Positions 48,943 to 63,180 of a stretch of 64,000 bases of DNA are shown here, one piece after another. Position 1 is the stretch's first letter, and each line of letters starts with the position of its first letter. A program made the translations under genes and the position numbers. The notes beneath the pieces are model-generated. The model saw only the letters and a list, made by a program, of their open reading frames with translations, was not told the origin of the DNA and ran no database searches. The stretch spans positions 23,732,313 through 23,796,312 of the forward strand of contig NC_057719.1 of NCBI RefSeq assembly GCF_004010195.1, given 5' to 3'. Source of the stretch: Chiloscyllium plagiosum. Its lineage: Eukaryota.

Positions 48943-49715
48943 GGCCATAAGTGGGGAAAGGTCATTCAGCCTATCAAGTCTTATCCACCGTTCAATGAGA
49001 ACAGGGTTGATCTGATAACCCTAAGCCCCAGTTTCCTGCCTTTGAGTCCCTTTCTGTCCAAGTCAGCCTTAAATATATTGAATAACCCAGCATCAACAGT
49101 AGTCTCTGGTAAAGAACCCATAGATTCACAGCCCTCCCAGAGAAGAAATTCTTCCTTATCTCTGTCTTGAATGAGTGAAGTCAAAAGTCACATGATACCG
49201 GGGTATAGTCCAATAGGTTTATTTGAAGCCACAACCTTTCAGTGCCCCGTTTCTTCCTCAGGCAGCTAGTGAGAGACAATACATCAGACACAGAATGTAT
49301 CCGAAGTATTCTCTCTCACTAACTACCTGAAGAAGGAGCGAGGGCTCCAAAAGCTTGCAGCTTCGAATAAACCTGTTGGACTATAACCCAATATTGTGTG
49401 ATTTTTGTCTTTGTCCACCCCAGCACTAGCACCTCCACATCTTAAATGAATGACCCTTTTTTCTCAGGTTATGGCCTCTCGTCCTAGACTCTTCCACAAG
49501 AGGGAACAACCCTCCCACATCATGTTCACTGAGAATCTTGTAGGTTTCAATAAGCTTGTCTCTTATTCTTTTAAATTCCAACAAGTTCAGGCATAGCATA
49601 TTCAACCTCTCCTCATAAAACAATCCCTCCATACCTGGTATCATCCTAGTGAACCTTCTCTGGACTGCCTCCAATGCCAAAATATCTCTCCTAAGGGATC
49701 CAAAACTATTCACAG
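48943..49715 (-). mobile_element. CR1 3' fragment
   Basis: LALEAVQRRFTRMIPGMEGL, SRTRGHNL. Confidence 0.88.
49179..49439 (+). mobile_element. Fold-back pLTR of a different PLE family
   Basis: 14-bp TSD-like repeat tctt(g/a)aatga(g/a)tga at 49165-49178 and 49440-49453; inverted arms; CUGAAGA-A-GGAGC-GAGG-GCUCC-AAAAGCUU at 49327-49356. Confidence 0.8.
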
Positions 49716-50343
49716 CATTATCTTCATTGAATAGATTTTGTTTTATAATAAATCAATAACGTGGTGCTTATTTATTAAAGAAACCTGTTTAATTGGTCTC
49801 TACTTTAAATTTAATATCGAGAAAGCATATGATTGACCATATCAGTAACTGGGTAAAACAAGTACTTTTTTGTTGTAATGTATGGATTATTGCTGTTAAA
49901 AAGGGAGAAAGGGGCCATGCAATCCTCCTATGTAGATCATAACACATGGCTCATCTCACCCTTAAAAATATTCAAAGTCTTTGAATTTACTGGTCCGGGA
50001 AGAAAATTGCATACCTGAAAGAAAAAGTCTCCATCTTAAACCAATTATTTTTAAATTTTGTGTCCTTGTTCTCCCCACAAGAAGAATATACTTTCACCTT
50101 CCCCTCTGTCAAGTCTCCTCTGGGTCTTATATATTTCAATAAGATGTCTTGTTCTTCTAAACACAAATGGATACAGGCACTCTTTCCTCATAAGACAACC
50201 TTTCATCCCAGAAATTAGCCGAGTGAATCTACTTTGCACTGCATGTAATACAAATATACTCTTTCCTAAAGAGGGAGACTAAAATTTTATACTGTGTTCC
50301 AGATGTGGTCAGCAATCCCCTTCAAACTGTAACAAAAGTTTCC

Positions 50344-50423
50344 AAGGGCTTATGCCCAAAACATAGATTCTCCTGCTCCTCGGTTGCTATCTGACCTGCT
50401 GTGCTTTTCCAGCACCACACTCT
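50344..50423 (+). mobile_element. 80-bp PLE pLTR fragment starting within the hammerhead
   Basis: 14-bp TSD taacaaaa(g/t)tttcc at 50330-50343 and 50424-50437. Confidence 0.82.
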
Positions 50424-50781
50424 TAACAAAATTTTCCTACTTTTATATTCCATTTCCCTCGTAATATTTTCTTTCACCTGATGTACCTGCATACTTTTTT
50501 TTTTGTCATTCTCATGTACCAGGATAGCTAGATACACTTATACTACAAAATACTGCAATCTCTCCCCATTTAAATAACCTGCCGCTTTGTTATTCTTCCT
50601 GCTAGAACGGAAAATGTCACATTTTCACACATTATATCCCATTGTAGGCATCTTTTGTCCTATTCATAAATACTATCTTCATGTCATCAACAAATGTAGC
50701 TGCCACAAATAATCAGTCCTTTTATCAATGTCATTGATGTAAACTGTAAATAACTGAGGCTGTGGCACTGCAGTGGCTATA

Positions 50782-52195
50782 TAGAGTCATAGAGATGTAC
50801 AGCATGGAAACAGACTCTCCGGTCCAACTCATCCATGCCAACCAGATATCCTAACGCAATCTAGTCCCACCTGCCAGCACCTGGCCTATATTTCTCCAAA
50901 TCCTTCCTATTCGTATACCCATCCAAATGCCTTTTAAATGTTGCAATTGTACCAGCCTCACCACGTCGTCTGGCAGCTCATTCCATATAGGTACCACCCT
51001 CTGTGTGAAAGGGTTGCCCTTTAGGTCTCTTTTATATCTTTCCCCTCTAACTCTAATCCTATGCCCTCTAGTTCTGGACTCCCCCACCCCAGGTAAGTGT
51101 TTCGGTTAGTTTATCCTATCCATGTCCCTCATGATTTTATAAAACTCTATAAAGTCACCCTTCAGCCTCCGGCTCTCCAGGGAAAACAGCCCCAGCCTAT
51201 TCAACCTCTCCTTATAGCTCAAATTCTCAAATCCTGGCAACATCCTTGTAAATCTTTTCTGAACCCTTTCAAGTTTCACTTCCTATCTTCCTCATAGGAA
51301 GGAGACCAGAATTGCATGCAATATTCCAACAGTGGCCTAACCAATGTCCTGTACAGCTGCAACATGACCTCCTAACTCCTGGATTCAGTACCCTGACCAA
51401 TAAAGGAAAGCATACCAAACACCTTCTTCACTATCCTATCTACCTGCGACCCCACGTTCAAGGAGCTATGAACCTGCACTCCAAGGTCTCTTTGTTCAGC
51501 AACACTCCCTAGGACCTTACCATTAAGTGTATAAGTCCTGCTAAGATTTGCTTTCCCAAAATGCAGCACCTTGCATTTATCTGAATTAAACTCCATTTGC
51601 CACTTCTCAGCCCATTGGCCCATTTGATCAAGATCCCATTGTAATCGGAGGTAACCTTCTTCACTGTCCACTGCACCTCCAATTCTGGTGTCATCTGCAA
51701 ACTTACTAACTATACCTTTTATGTTCACATCCAAATCATCTATATAAATGATGTAAAGTAATGGACCCAGCAACGCTCCTTGTGGCACTGGAGGTCACAG
51801 GCTTCCAGTCTGAAAAACAACCCTCCACCACCATCCTCCGTCTTCTACCTTTGAGCCAGTTCTGTATCCAAATGGCTAGTTCTCCCTTAATTCCATGAGA
51901 TTTAACCTTGCTAACCAGTCTCCCATGGGGAACCTTGTCAAACGCCTTTCTGAAGTCCATATAGATCACATCTACCACTCTGCCCTCATCAATCCTCTTT
52001 GTTACTGCTTCAAAAAATCCAATCAAATTTGTGAGACATGACTTCCCACTCACAAAGCCATGTTGACTATCCCTAATCAGTCTTTGAGTTTCCAAATGCA
52101 TGTACATCCTGGGTCTCAGGATTCCCTCCAACAACTTGCCCACCACCAACATCAGGTTCATTGGTCTATAGTTCCCTGGATTTTCCTTACCACCT
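50782..52195 (-). mobile_element. CR1 LINE 3' portion (RT), inserted in an older CR1 (about 49945-50780 and 52196-52330)
   Basis: QHGFVSGKSCLTNL, YMDFRKAFDKVPH, KFADDTRIGG. Confidence 0.95.
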
Positions 52196-53287
52196 TAACT
52201 CATTTATGCTTACTCAGTTTTTTTTCTGTTAGCTAACCAATCCTCTTTCCATGTTAATATATTACTCACTGTGCCATACACTTTTATTTTGTGTCATAAC
52301 CTGTCATGTGGCAGCTTGCCAAATTCAAGCAAATCATTTCAGACTCACAATTAATGTTTAAAATATATTGCATGTTCTATTATAAGAAATCATACTAGTT
52401 AATTCAATCAGTCAGATCTAACAATTACAAAAAATACCAAAATAAGTGACCAATTAAATTGGTCAGTGACAAGAATTTGAAAAAGAAACTTTAGCCAGGT
52501 AATTAGGTGATCTCAATACTTCTTCCTGGAATAATATTGAGGGAACACATAACACCTATCAGATACAAGAGTGAAGGTTTCATTTGAAAGACAGCACTTT
52601 GACAGTATTGCATTCCTTTAGTATTTCAGCAGAGCATTTGCCGAGATTATGTGCTCAAGTTCTGGGGTGGGATTTGAACACACAACAGTCTAATGCAGGC
52701 AATAGTAATGCAGGCAATAAGTTGAAAATTTATCCTGACATGTTAAAATTACACACAATGAGCATTCTTTAGTATCGCATATGTCCTATAATTTCAATAA
52801 ACTAGAAACTTTTTTCCAATCAGCAATGATTCCTTTGAAATAATCCACTAATGAACTTACTATTCATTTTGAACTTTTGGCTTGAACATGAATAATACAT
52901 TTTTCACTGTAAATTTCTTAGAGGTGAAAACACTGCAACCAACAAGGGAATTAAGGAAAGTAAGCCATCATTGAATAGGAGAGAATCAATCAAAATATGT
53001 CATTCCAGATAACAGCATAGAAATTGCTATTGAATGTGTTCTGAATAGGAGTCAACATTTGTCTTGATTCTATTAAAGCTATTAAAGCAGCTAACTCTTC
53101 ATATTAAATACTGCATAATATGTCTCATTATGTGACAGTTTTCTAGTTTTTTTTGTGGGTGTGGGCAACACTGTCAAGGCCAGCATTTGTTGCTTATCTT
53201 TAACTGCTCTGGGGAACCATCTTTTGAACTATAGTCTATCTGTTGCGATGCTGCTAGGAATAGAATCAAATCCTGGTATATATGCTG

Positions 53288-53610
53288 ATGGTCATTAGGC
53301 CCAAGGAGTCCACACCAACCCTCCGAAGAGTAATCCACGTAGACCCATTGCCCTAACCTATTACTCTACATTTACCCCTGACTAATGCACCTAACCCACA
53401 CATCCCTGAACAATATGAGCAATTTAGCATGGCCAATTCACCTGACCTGAACACCTTTGAGGGAGGAAACCGGAGCACCCAGAGGGGACCCATACAGACA
53501 CGGGGAGAATGTGCAAACTCCACATAGGCAGTTGCCCTGAGCCTGGAATCGAATCCAGCTCCTTGGCGCTGTGAGGCAGCAGTGCTAACCACTGAGCCAC
53601 TGTGCCACCC
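53288..53610 (-). mobile_element. HE1-type SINE nested in an old LINE tail (about 53150-54080)
   Basis: Reverse complement of the HE1 head and core. Confidence 0.9.
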
Positions 53611-56600
53611 TAGGGAATGCAAGGTTTCAGTCCAGTGACAATGCGAGAAAAACAATATGATTTCAAGTCCAAATGGTGTGTGGCCTCATGGGACTGTGTA
53701 GGTAATGGTGTTCCCATGTGCCTCAATCTTTTGACCTCATCGGTGACTGAGGTCATGGGTTTGGATTTGCGTGAGTTGCTACAGTGCAGTTGTGTCTGCT
53801 ATCTGCTGCTACTTTGCATAGATAGTGGAGGGAGTGAATATTTTAGTTGGTGGATGGAATGCTGATCAAATGAGTTCTTTAGTCTTCTACGGTGTTGAAC
53901 TTCCTGAGTGATTTTGAAGTTGCACTCATCCATGAAGGCAAGTAGAAAGTATTCCATCTGACTACTGGCTTTGACAGTGAACAGATTTTGGGTAGCTAGG
54001 AGATGAGTTTCATGCCATGGAATTCACAGCTTTTAACTTGGTCTTGTAGTTACACTTTTTGTATGACTGATCTAGTTCAGTTGTTTTACACTTCTTTCTC
54101 ATACATACATTAACAGTTACTATAAAGCATCTTTCTATTCCAAGTAATCTGACCAAGTAGCCTGTCAATTCTATGCAATCTCAATGCGTCCCTGGAATCC
54201 TAGTTTACCACTGTTTTGCAATTTGTTTAATTACTTCTGAAGTTCCCAAGGAGTCCAATTCTGACGTTTTCAGTAGCCATTTTGAAAATAACTGAAAATA
54301 AAATTTCAGTGTGTTTGGCAATCACTTTGACATATGTACTGCAAAGATATATATTTGCCTTCTCTTAAGTAACCCTGTGCAGTCATTATCAAACCTGAAC
54401 TAATCCAATTTAGCTTAATAATAGAAATCACCAGGATGCTCCGAAAAATTGACCAAGTCAGATTCAGATGGCATCATCAGCAGTTTAAAGAAGCCATGTG
54501 CAGTTTCCACTTTCTGTTAGAGACATGCAATGGGCTCAAATTATTCCAAAGTTGCATTTCACAAACTGCATTGCAGAACATTAGTAACAGAGTTAATGTG
54601 AAGATTTCAATCTTTAAAAAAATTTAATCTGGATCTGAATTCTCTAAGAGTTGATTCTTAAGCAATAGTTTAAGACAATCGAAATGACGGCCTGAAAGAT
54701 AGCAATGAATTCAATCAATTTCCATTTCCATTTCTCACAACAATAATGATTTTCCTACAACCAATTGTAAGATCTTTGTTAAAATGAGTCTATGAAATAA
54801 TCTGTAAATGAGCTGGAAATACTCCCTTTGCAGTTTTACAATTAAATATCTACATGGAAACTTTTATGATCAACAAGGGAGACCACAGTGACAGGTATCT
54901 TGATCATTAGGAATAATGAAACAGCAGAACCTTGAGCTGTCAGATATCCCACTGAAGATGTCATTCATCAGTTGTTGCAAATGAGTAATTTATTAGGCTG
55001 GATCTCTCATTGCAAGCAGAGTAGTTTATTTAGTGCTTTTACAGTGACAGTATTCATATCTGATGAGGTTTTCATTGCAATGTAATTTGTGAATGTAGTG
55101 CACCATCAGCATATATACCAGGATTTTAAATGTGAAGATGGGAATTTGAACATTGGTTTTAACTACACTTCTTGTCCATGTAAATTATCTTTAAGGTGCA
55201 ACATGATGTATTTACTAAGTAATTGTCATCTGTATTGTTTTTCTTTGTCCGATAGCTTGAACATTTGAGCATTTGTTGCACAAAATTGTATGCATGTCCA
55301 TTTAACTGTACAATATACCAAGTACACTCCAATGATTTAGATGTTAAGGTTACAAATATAGAATATAAACTTATTTCTGATTAACTTGCTCAAAACATAT
55401 TCATTAAGTACCTCCAATTTACTTGTTACCACAATCAACCAGAATAGATTCAGTAGCACTACATTTACATGGCAGCCATAAAACTTCCTGGAGTTTTCAA
55501 ACTTGCCACCTATCCCAGAGGGATTCAGTTTGTTTTCCTACTGGTACTGGCAACATTGTTGCCCTTGGGAAAATTCCTACAATATTTTCTGCAGAGATAA
55601 CATATACCCTTTCTCTGTTTCTGCAGCTCTAGCCAATCATGTCACTTACTTAGCAGAAGATTGAGCAGTTAGATACACTCAGATTACAAGTCAATGATGA
55701 TAATAAATGTTTACCAGTCTTGGGTTTCCAAACAGCAAAATAAATATATCTCCCTAGAACAGTCATCATATTCAATTAATGTTCGTATTATGTTATTTTT
55801 ATTACCTTAAATTCTGTGATCAGTTCAGACAACATAAAATGAAATTGCTTTATTCTTTTCTTGATAAAGAATTGCTAATTTAACTGAAGGGTGAAATTAT
55901 GATTCTGAATATCTTTTCAACTTTGTTATATTCCTAATTTTGTTTGCAAGAGTATCCATAAATGATTTTGCAATAAGATTTTGCTTCTGTGTTCTGCCTG
56001 GGCAAGATGATTAGGGAACAAATCCATGACAATTCACTTTGGTGTCACATTCTACCTACACATTTATATGCAGTCATTCCTGTTCACTTAAGCAAGTTAG
56101 AAGTGACTTGAAGAATTGCTTTGTAAATGGTTGATTGATGTCCACAATTGCTGTTTCTAGAATTTGAAAGTTGCCAGCAATATATAAAGTGAGAATGAGA
56201 ATGACCATTACGGGATTCAGCAGTCCATACTTTGTGACGCTGTCACATTCCAAATCCTCCTTTAACTCCTCCCGTAGGGCATCTGTTTGCACAATCTAAA
56301 CTCCCCCTATACATGTCACACCAATCAATAAAACTTAGTTAGAGCCTGCAGATCCTAAGGGTTTTCTCTTCACAGCTTCACCTCAATGGCTTCAGCTGCA
56401 ACTGTCATTTTCAGCCCTTTTGTCCCCTTGGCAGAATTGAGTTGCCTTTCTTACACGATTTCACTCTTTATACCATTTCCCAATGGTGTAAACAAAGACA
56501 CTGAACAATGACCCTTTCTACCTCTGAACTGGTTAACAGTATAGCAACTTTGGTGCACAATGAACTGAAAGTTGTTACTTTTGTGTCAGCACTCAATGCA

Positions 56601-58161
56601 ATGTGTCAAAGCAGCTTGTGTTCCAGCCAAGGGCACAGAACATGCAGCATGTCGGAGCAACAAAGTAAGCTGCACTGATTCACAAAATACAACTCAGGAT
56701 GATATGTTAATTAAAGTAAAACTTGTAATTGTAAATTAAGTACTAAAGGATATATTATGAAGTGCCACCATAAATCCTACTTGGTTGACATATAAACATT
56801 TCTGTAGGAAGTTTAATATAACTATTATTTTATATATTATCACAACATCTGGCTACTTTTGCATATGAGACGCAAGCTATAAAACTGCATATATGTAGAA
56901 ATTTACAGCATGAAACAAGGTCATTCAGCTCATCATGTCCATCCTATGCCATATTATATTCTGCATTGGGTGTATGGTAACACCCTTAAACAGAAACCTG
57001 TTTACCGAAAAAAGACTGTTTAAGATGTTAAGCCCATTCCCTGTTAGAATATGTCATTGTAAAAGAATATATCATATGTCATGAAACATACAATAAGGCA
57101 TGATTTATACAAAGTACTTGAAATCTCTTGAAGCTTTGAAAGGCAAAACTATTGGCCCAAATTTGCAATCTGTGTCAGAATCACTATTTCCTATTTCAGA
57201 CCTGTCTCCAACACAGGAACTTTCATAGTAGAGACTGTACTGTCCTGGCATAGAACAGTGGAGAGGGTCTTCATGGAAAGTCTTCATGGAGGGTCTTTTT
57301 ATTGGGGCGGGCATCAAACAGGAAATTTAAGTCACAAGCAATAAAGCTACAGCTGTAATTATGGTCTTAATCTGCTTCTAGATATTTTAATCTGCATAGA
57401 GATAAAGAAGATTAAATCAGTTACAACGCCAAATACAATAAATTCCTGGATTGTGTATGAGATGATTTTCTGGCTCAATACATTGAGGAACCAACTAGAG
57501 GACAGACCACTCTTGACTGGGTGCTGTGTATCAGAAAGGATTAATTGGCAATCTAATTGTGTGAGGCCCCTTAGAGTAAAGTGACGGTAATATGACAGAA
57601 TTATTCTTGAAGGTGGAGAGTGACATAATTGATTTTGAGACTTGGGTCCTGAATCTAAGTAGAGGAAACTACGCAGGATAGTGAAACAGAAGCTAGCTAT
57701 GACAAATTGTGGAGCATTATGTAAAGGGATGACAGTGAATAGGCAATAGCAAATGTGGGAAAACTGCCTTGGCCATGGCTAACAAGGGTAATTATGGATA
57801 GTATTAGATCCAAGGAAGCGATGTATAAATTGATCAAAAGGAGCAGCAGACCTGAGAATTGGGCAAAGGGTTGATTAAGATGGGGAAAATAGAAGACAGG
57901 ACTGATAATATAAACTGATTGTTAAAGGTTTCCATAGGTATCTGAAGAGAAAAAGATTATTGTGAACAAATGTAGATCCCTTTCAATCAGAAAAAGGGTA
58001 AGTTAGGTTAGGGAACAAACTGATAGTGAAACAATTAAAAACATTGTTTGATTCTGCCTTCATAAATGAGGTCACAAATAACGTTACAAAATATTGGTGA
58101 CACGTGGTCTAGTGAGGGAGAGGAACTGAAGAAAATCAGTATTTGAAGGGAAATGGTGTTG

Positions 58162-58474
58162 ACGGCACGGTGGCACAGTGGTTAGCACTGCTGCCTCACA
58201 GCGCCAGAGACCCGGGTTCAATTCCCGACTCAGGCAACTGACTGTGTGGAGTTTGCACATTCTCCCCGTGTCTGCGTGGGTTTCCTCCGGGTGCTCCGGT
58301 TTCCTCCCACAGTCCAAAGATGTGCAGGTCAGGTGAATTGGCCATGCTAAATTGCCCGTAGTGTGGGGTAAATGTAGGGAAATGGGTGGATTGCGCTTCG
58401 GCGGGTCGGTGTGGACTTGTTGGGCCGAAGGGCCTGTTTCCACACTGTAAGTAATCTAATCTAATCTAATCTAA
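58162..58474 (+). mobile_element. Young full-length HE1-type V-SINE
   Basis: Nearly identical to the 34389 copy; (taatc)n end. Confidence 0.95.
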
Positions 58475-58627
58475 AACTGCTGGGATTATAGAATTCCTAC
58501 AGTATAGAAGCAGGCCATTCGGCCCAGTGAGTCCACACTCACCTGTTGAAGAGCATCCCATCCAGACTCAGTCATGACCTTTTTCCTGTAATCCTGCATT
58601 TCCCATGGCAAACCATCTAACCTTCAT

Positions 58628-59938
58628 ATATAGTCATAGAGATGTACAGCACGGAAACAGACCATTCGGTCCAATTCATCCATGCTAACCAGATATCCCA
58701 ACCTAATCTGGTCCCACTTGCCAGCACACGGCCCATATCCATCTAAACCCTTCCTATTCATATACCCATCCAGAAGCCTTTTACATGTTGCAATTGTACC
58801 AGCCTCCACCACGTCCATACACATACCACCCTCTGCGTGAAAGGGTTGCCCCTTAGGTCTCTTTTATGTCTTTCTTCGCTCACCTAAACCTATGCCCTCT
58901 AGGTCTGGATTCCCCCACCCCAGGGTTGATAGGCTTTGACAATTTATCCTATCCCTCATAGAATCATAGAGATGTACAGCATGGAAACAGACCCTTTGGT
59001 CCAACCCGTTCATGCCAACCAGATATCCCAACACAATCTAGTCCCACCTGCCAGCACACAGCCCATATCCCTCCAAACCCTTCCTATCACCCCTCAGCCT
59101 CCGACACTCCAGGGAAAACAGCCCCAGCCTGTTCAACCTCTCCCTATAGCTCAAATTCTCAACATCCTTGTAAATCTTTTCTGAACCCTTTCAAGTTTCA
59201 CTTCCTATCTTTCTCATAGGAAGGAGACCAGAATTGCACGCAATATTCCAGCAGTGGTCTAACCAATGTCCTATACAGCCGCAACATGACCTCTCAACTC
59301 CTGTACTCAGTACCCTGACCAATAAAGGAAAGCATACCAAATGCCTTCTCCATTATCCTATCTACCCGCAACTCCACTTTCAAGGAACTATGAAATTGCA
59401 CTCCAAGGTCTCTGTTCAGCAACATTCCCTAGGATCACCATTAAGTGTATAAGTCCTGCACTGATTTGCTTTCCCAAAATGCAGCACCTTGCATTTATCT
59501 AAATTAAACTCCATCTGCCACTTCTCAGCCCATTGGCCCATCTGGTCAAGATCCCGTTGTAATCTGAGGTAACCTTCTTCGCTGTCCACTACACCTCCAA
59601 TTTTGGTGTCATCTGCAAACTTACCAACCATACCTCATATGATTTCATCCAAATCATTAATATAAATGACAAAAAGTAGTGGACCTAGCACCGATCCTTG
59701 TGGCACTCCACTGATCACATACCTCCAGTCTGAAAAACAACCTTCCACCACCACCCTCTGTCTTCTACCTTTGAGCCAGTTCTGCATCCAAATGGCAAGT
59801 TATCCTTGTATTTCATGAGATCTAACCTTGCTAACTAGTCTCCTACATGGAACACCTTGCTGAAGTCCATTTAGATCATGTCTACCCCTCTGCCCTCATC
59901 AATCCTCTTTGTTACTTCTTTAAAACCTCAATCAAGTT
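58628..59938 (-). mobile_element. CR1 with two tandem 3' ends, splitting an older HE1-type SINE (about 58488-58623 and 60055-60215)
   Basis: catagagatgtacagca tail start at about 58635 and 58965; KFADDTKIGG. Confidence 0.9.
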
Positions 59939-62429
59939 CGGGTTTGAGAGTCAAAGGGGGTCAACTAGCTTGTATAGACTTTAATAAATTTTAACTGTTT
60001 GCAGAAGTCGCGAATTGCATCTCGTGTGTGAAACCTTGGGAAAAGAACCTAACATGTTAGCACATCTTTGATCTGTGGGAGGAAACCGGACCACCCGAAG
60101 GAAACTCACGCAGACAAGGGGGGATGTGCAAGCTCCACACAGACAGTCACCCAAGAGTGGAATCAAACCCACCTCCCTGGCATTATGAGGCAGCACTGAG
60201 CTAACATGCTGCCCATATTATGGCATAGGGAGACGTGGGCGTCCAGATACAGCAGACGCTGAAAGTAAGCAGGCAAGTGCAGCAAGCACTGAAGTAGGCA
60301 AATAGTACATTAGTCTACATCAGAGAGGATTTGAATACAGGAACAAGGATGTCTTGCTGCAATTGCACAGGGCCATGGTGAAACCACATCTGGAGGATTG
60401 TGAGCAGTTTTGGTCTCCTTACCTGAGAAGGTTTCTGGCTATGAAGGGAGTGTAACAACAATTTACCAGACTAATTCCAGGTCTGCCCTATGAAGAGACA
60501 TTGGAATGGCCAGGAGTATATTCATTGGAACTGAGCAAACGTTTGGGTTGGGTGGAGGGGTCAGTCTCTTAGCAAACTATAAAATTCTAATAAGACTAAA
60601 CAGGGGAAACACAGGAAAATATTCCCAATGACCAGGGAGGCCACAACCAGGGTCACAGTCGAAGGATATGGGATAATTAGGAGACAATTTAGCACTGAGA
60701 TGTGAAGAAATTCTTCACTCAGACAGTGGTGAGCCTGTGGAATTCTCTGCCACAGAAGCAATGAAAGCCAACATTGAATTTGTTCAAGAAAGAATTCAAT
60801 ACAGTTCTTCAAGTTAAAGGGATCAAAGGTATGGGGAGAAAGTGAGAACAAGGTACTGAGTTGGATGATCAGCCATGGTCATATTCAACGGTGGGGCAGG
60901 CTTGAAGGGCCAAGTGGCATCTAAGTGAGATGGGGGAGAGGGTGGGGTGAAGGTGGGTGGGCAGGCAGGATGGCAAGTGGGTGAGTGGGTAGGGTGGAAG
61001 CTGGGTAAGGGTTAGGTTGTGAGTAGGTGAGGTGATAACTTGGCAAATAGATCTGGATGATCACTTTCTCTCACACATTTAGTGATTGCCTCTTATATTA
61101 CAACACGTATTTGACATCACCACTGTTTTGTGGGGAGTGTACATTCCTTCAGATCTTTCCATACAACTGTCCAAGCTGATGTAGTTGTATTACGTATGTA
61201 TATGTTATTGCACTCACTATGAACTGCAATTGAGTTCAGCCAGAAGCAGAAAAGGTGAGTGTAAGGGTGACCTTTAATGAAGCTAGTTGTATATAATTTA
61301 TGGCACTGTAACAATCCAAATCAGCTCTCTGTTTTTTTTTTCAAAATTCTCAAGATGTGTCAGACTGATCAATAAAACATATTCAGATCCCGCAAGATCC
61401 TGAAAGATGGTTCTTTCAGAGCATGACTATGCAAGCCACTTCACATCACTATTCACATCATTATTCACTTCATTCATCTTCACTGCTTGCTCGTACTATT
61501 CCATGTCATACATTGTTGCAACTGGCTTCATGCCAAGCAGTACCCTGCAATAGATAGTTACTGTACAGACCAGGCAGACTAACAGCTGCATGTGTGCAGT
61601 TTTGAATGGCAGTTTTGCAACTCAAAAGTTTGCAGCAGTTTTAAGATCTCTCAGTGATTTTGCAATCAGAGACCTGAAAATTCAGATTCAGGATGAAGTA
61701 AACAATCTGACATTAACAAACTTGCCGTGTACAGTTCATCACCTTTTTTTTTGAGAAAAGATATACATGCATCAGAAGCAATGCAGAGAAGAAATCACAG
61801 AACTTATTCCTGAGGAGGGGGGAGTGGTTTGTGCTCATGAGTAAAGCTTGACAAGGCTAGACTTTGTCCATTTGAGTTCAGAAGAATGAGAGGTGATCTT
61901 ACTGAAACATATGAGGGCACTTGAGAGCATGGATGCTCTCTTCTTGTGGAAGAGACTGGCACTAGAGAAAACCAGTTGAAAAATAAGGGGTCTGCCATTT
62001 TAAATGAAGATGAGGGGATTTTGTTTCTCTCAGTGGGTATGATACTTTGGCATTTTCTCCCCTACAGAGTGGGGGTGGTAGCATTATTAAATATTTTTAA
62101 ATAAGAAGTAAATACTTACAACCAGATCCTTTGTACCTCAGAGTTCTGCAATCTTTCTCCATTCACTGCTTTTCTACTTTTTATACTAAAGTGAACAAGT
62201 TCACAGTTTTCCACATTATTTTCACTTACCCATACTCAATTAATGCTTTGCAGACTCCTTATGTCCTCTTCACAACTTTCTTGACTGGGAAGATAGACAA
62301 ATGTTTTCAGATATGTAAAGATGTAACGTTGAGGTCACAATTAGACTAGCCATGATTGTAATGCATGGCAGAGCAGGTTTGAGGGATCATGTGCTCTACT
62401 CCCACCCCTAATTCATATCTTCGTATGTA

Positions 62430-63180
62430 GATTATATCTGACAGCCAACTTAAGCACAGCAACCTATACACAAATAGCATGTGATAATGATAAGACATTA
62501 TATTCTCTTTATTCATGTTGGTTGAAGGGTAAATATTGGCAAGGAGAATATAGGAGAACTTACTTTAAAGAGTGCCGTGGGATGTTTTACACCCACCTGA
62601 AGGAAAATCTTCAGCTTATTGTCCCACTCAGCAGACTAAATCTAAAAACAATGTACAGCATCCGTATTTTTTTTAAAATGAGACAGGCACTGGTATAGCA
62701 GTAACATCTTGGGGCTAGTCACTCCAGCTCCACCCCAATACACTGTGGGTGTGGGTTCAAATCCCACTATAGCAGATATTAAAATTTGACTTCAGTTTAA
62801 AAGTTAGTCTAATGGAGATCATGTTATCATTGTTGCTCTTGTTAAAAACAAACTGGCTCACTATCCTCTTTAGGGAAGGAAATCTGTGTCTTTACCTGGT
62901 CTGGACTACATATAACTCCAAACCCACAGCAATGTGGTTGCTACTTAACTGACCTCTGCCCTGGTACTAACAAGCCACTCAGTACAAGGTGCAATTTGGG
63001 AAGGGTATTAAATGTGGCCTAGCAAGTAACACCAACATCTCATGACTCCCAAAACCGACTGGGTTCAGTACTGGTGCATTGGCTGAGATTTTGTGTTCAC
63101 ATACTGGTAGCAGCACTACAGCTCACAATGTTTTGAATTAGAGATAAAATTGTCTCCACAGATCTATGCCTGCAAGGAAG
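62430..63180 (-). mobile_element. Deu-domain SINE remnant split by a tRNA-SINE (about 62685-63050, plus strand)
   Basis: atgttggttgaagggtaaatattggc, agtgccgtgggatgttttacacccacctga; insert matches the 42398 family. Confidence 0.7.

Larger units (their letters stand above)
48808..49944 (+). mobile_element. Probable solo LTR, split by a CR1, inside an older CR1 tail
   Basis: aatg|tattatg ... cataaca|catg; the host CR1 tail is continuous across the insertion. Confidence 0.5.
57420..60920 (+). mobile_element. Old CR1 pieces (about 57420-58160 and 60225-60920) hosting nested SINEs and LINEs
   Basis: gaggaaccaactagaggacag..tcttgactgg (endonuclease region); cacatctggaggattgtgagcagttttggtctcc; CR1 tail ending near 60915. 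Confidence 0.7.

Noticed and set aside
12629..50423. Retrozyme tandem arrays
   Set aside because: Hammerhead copies are dispersed or inverted, tied to PLE pLTRs, and not in head-to-tail monomers
57290..57330. Promoter-like CCAAT/GC-box/ETS cluster on the minus strand
   Set aside because: Short motifs with no CpG island or supported downstream gene; compatible with chance
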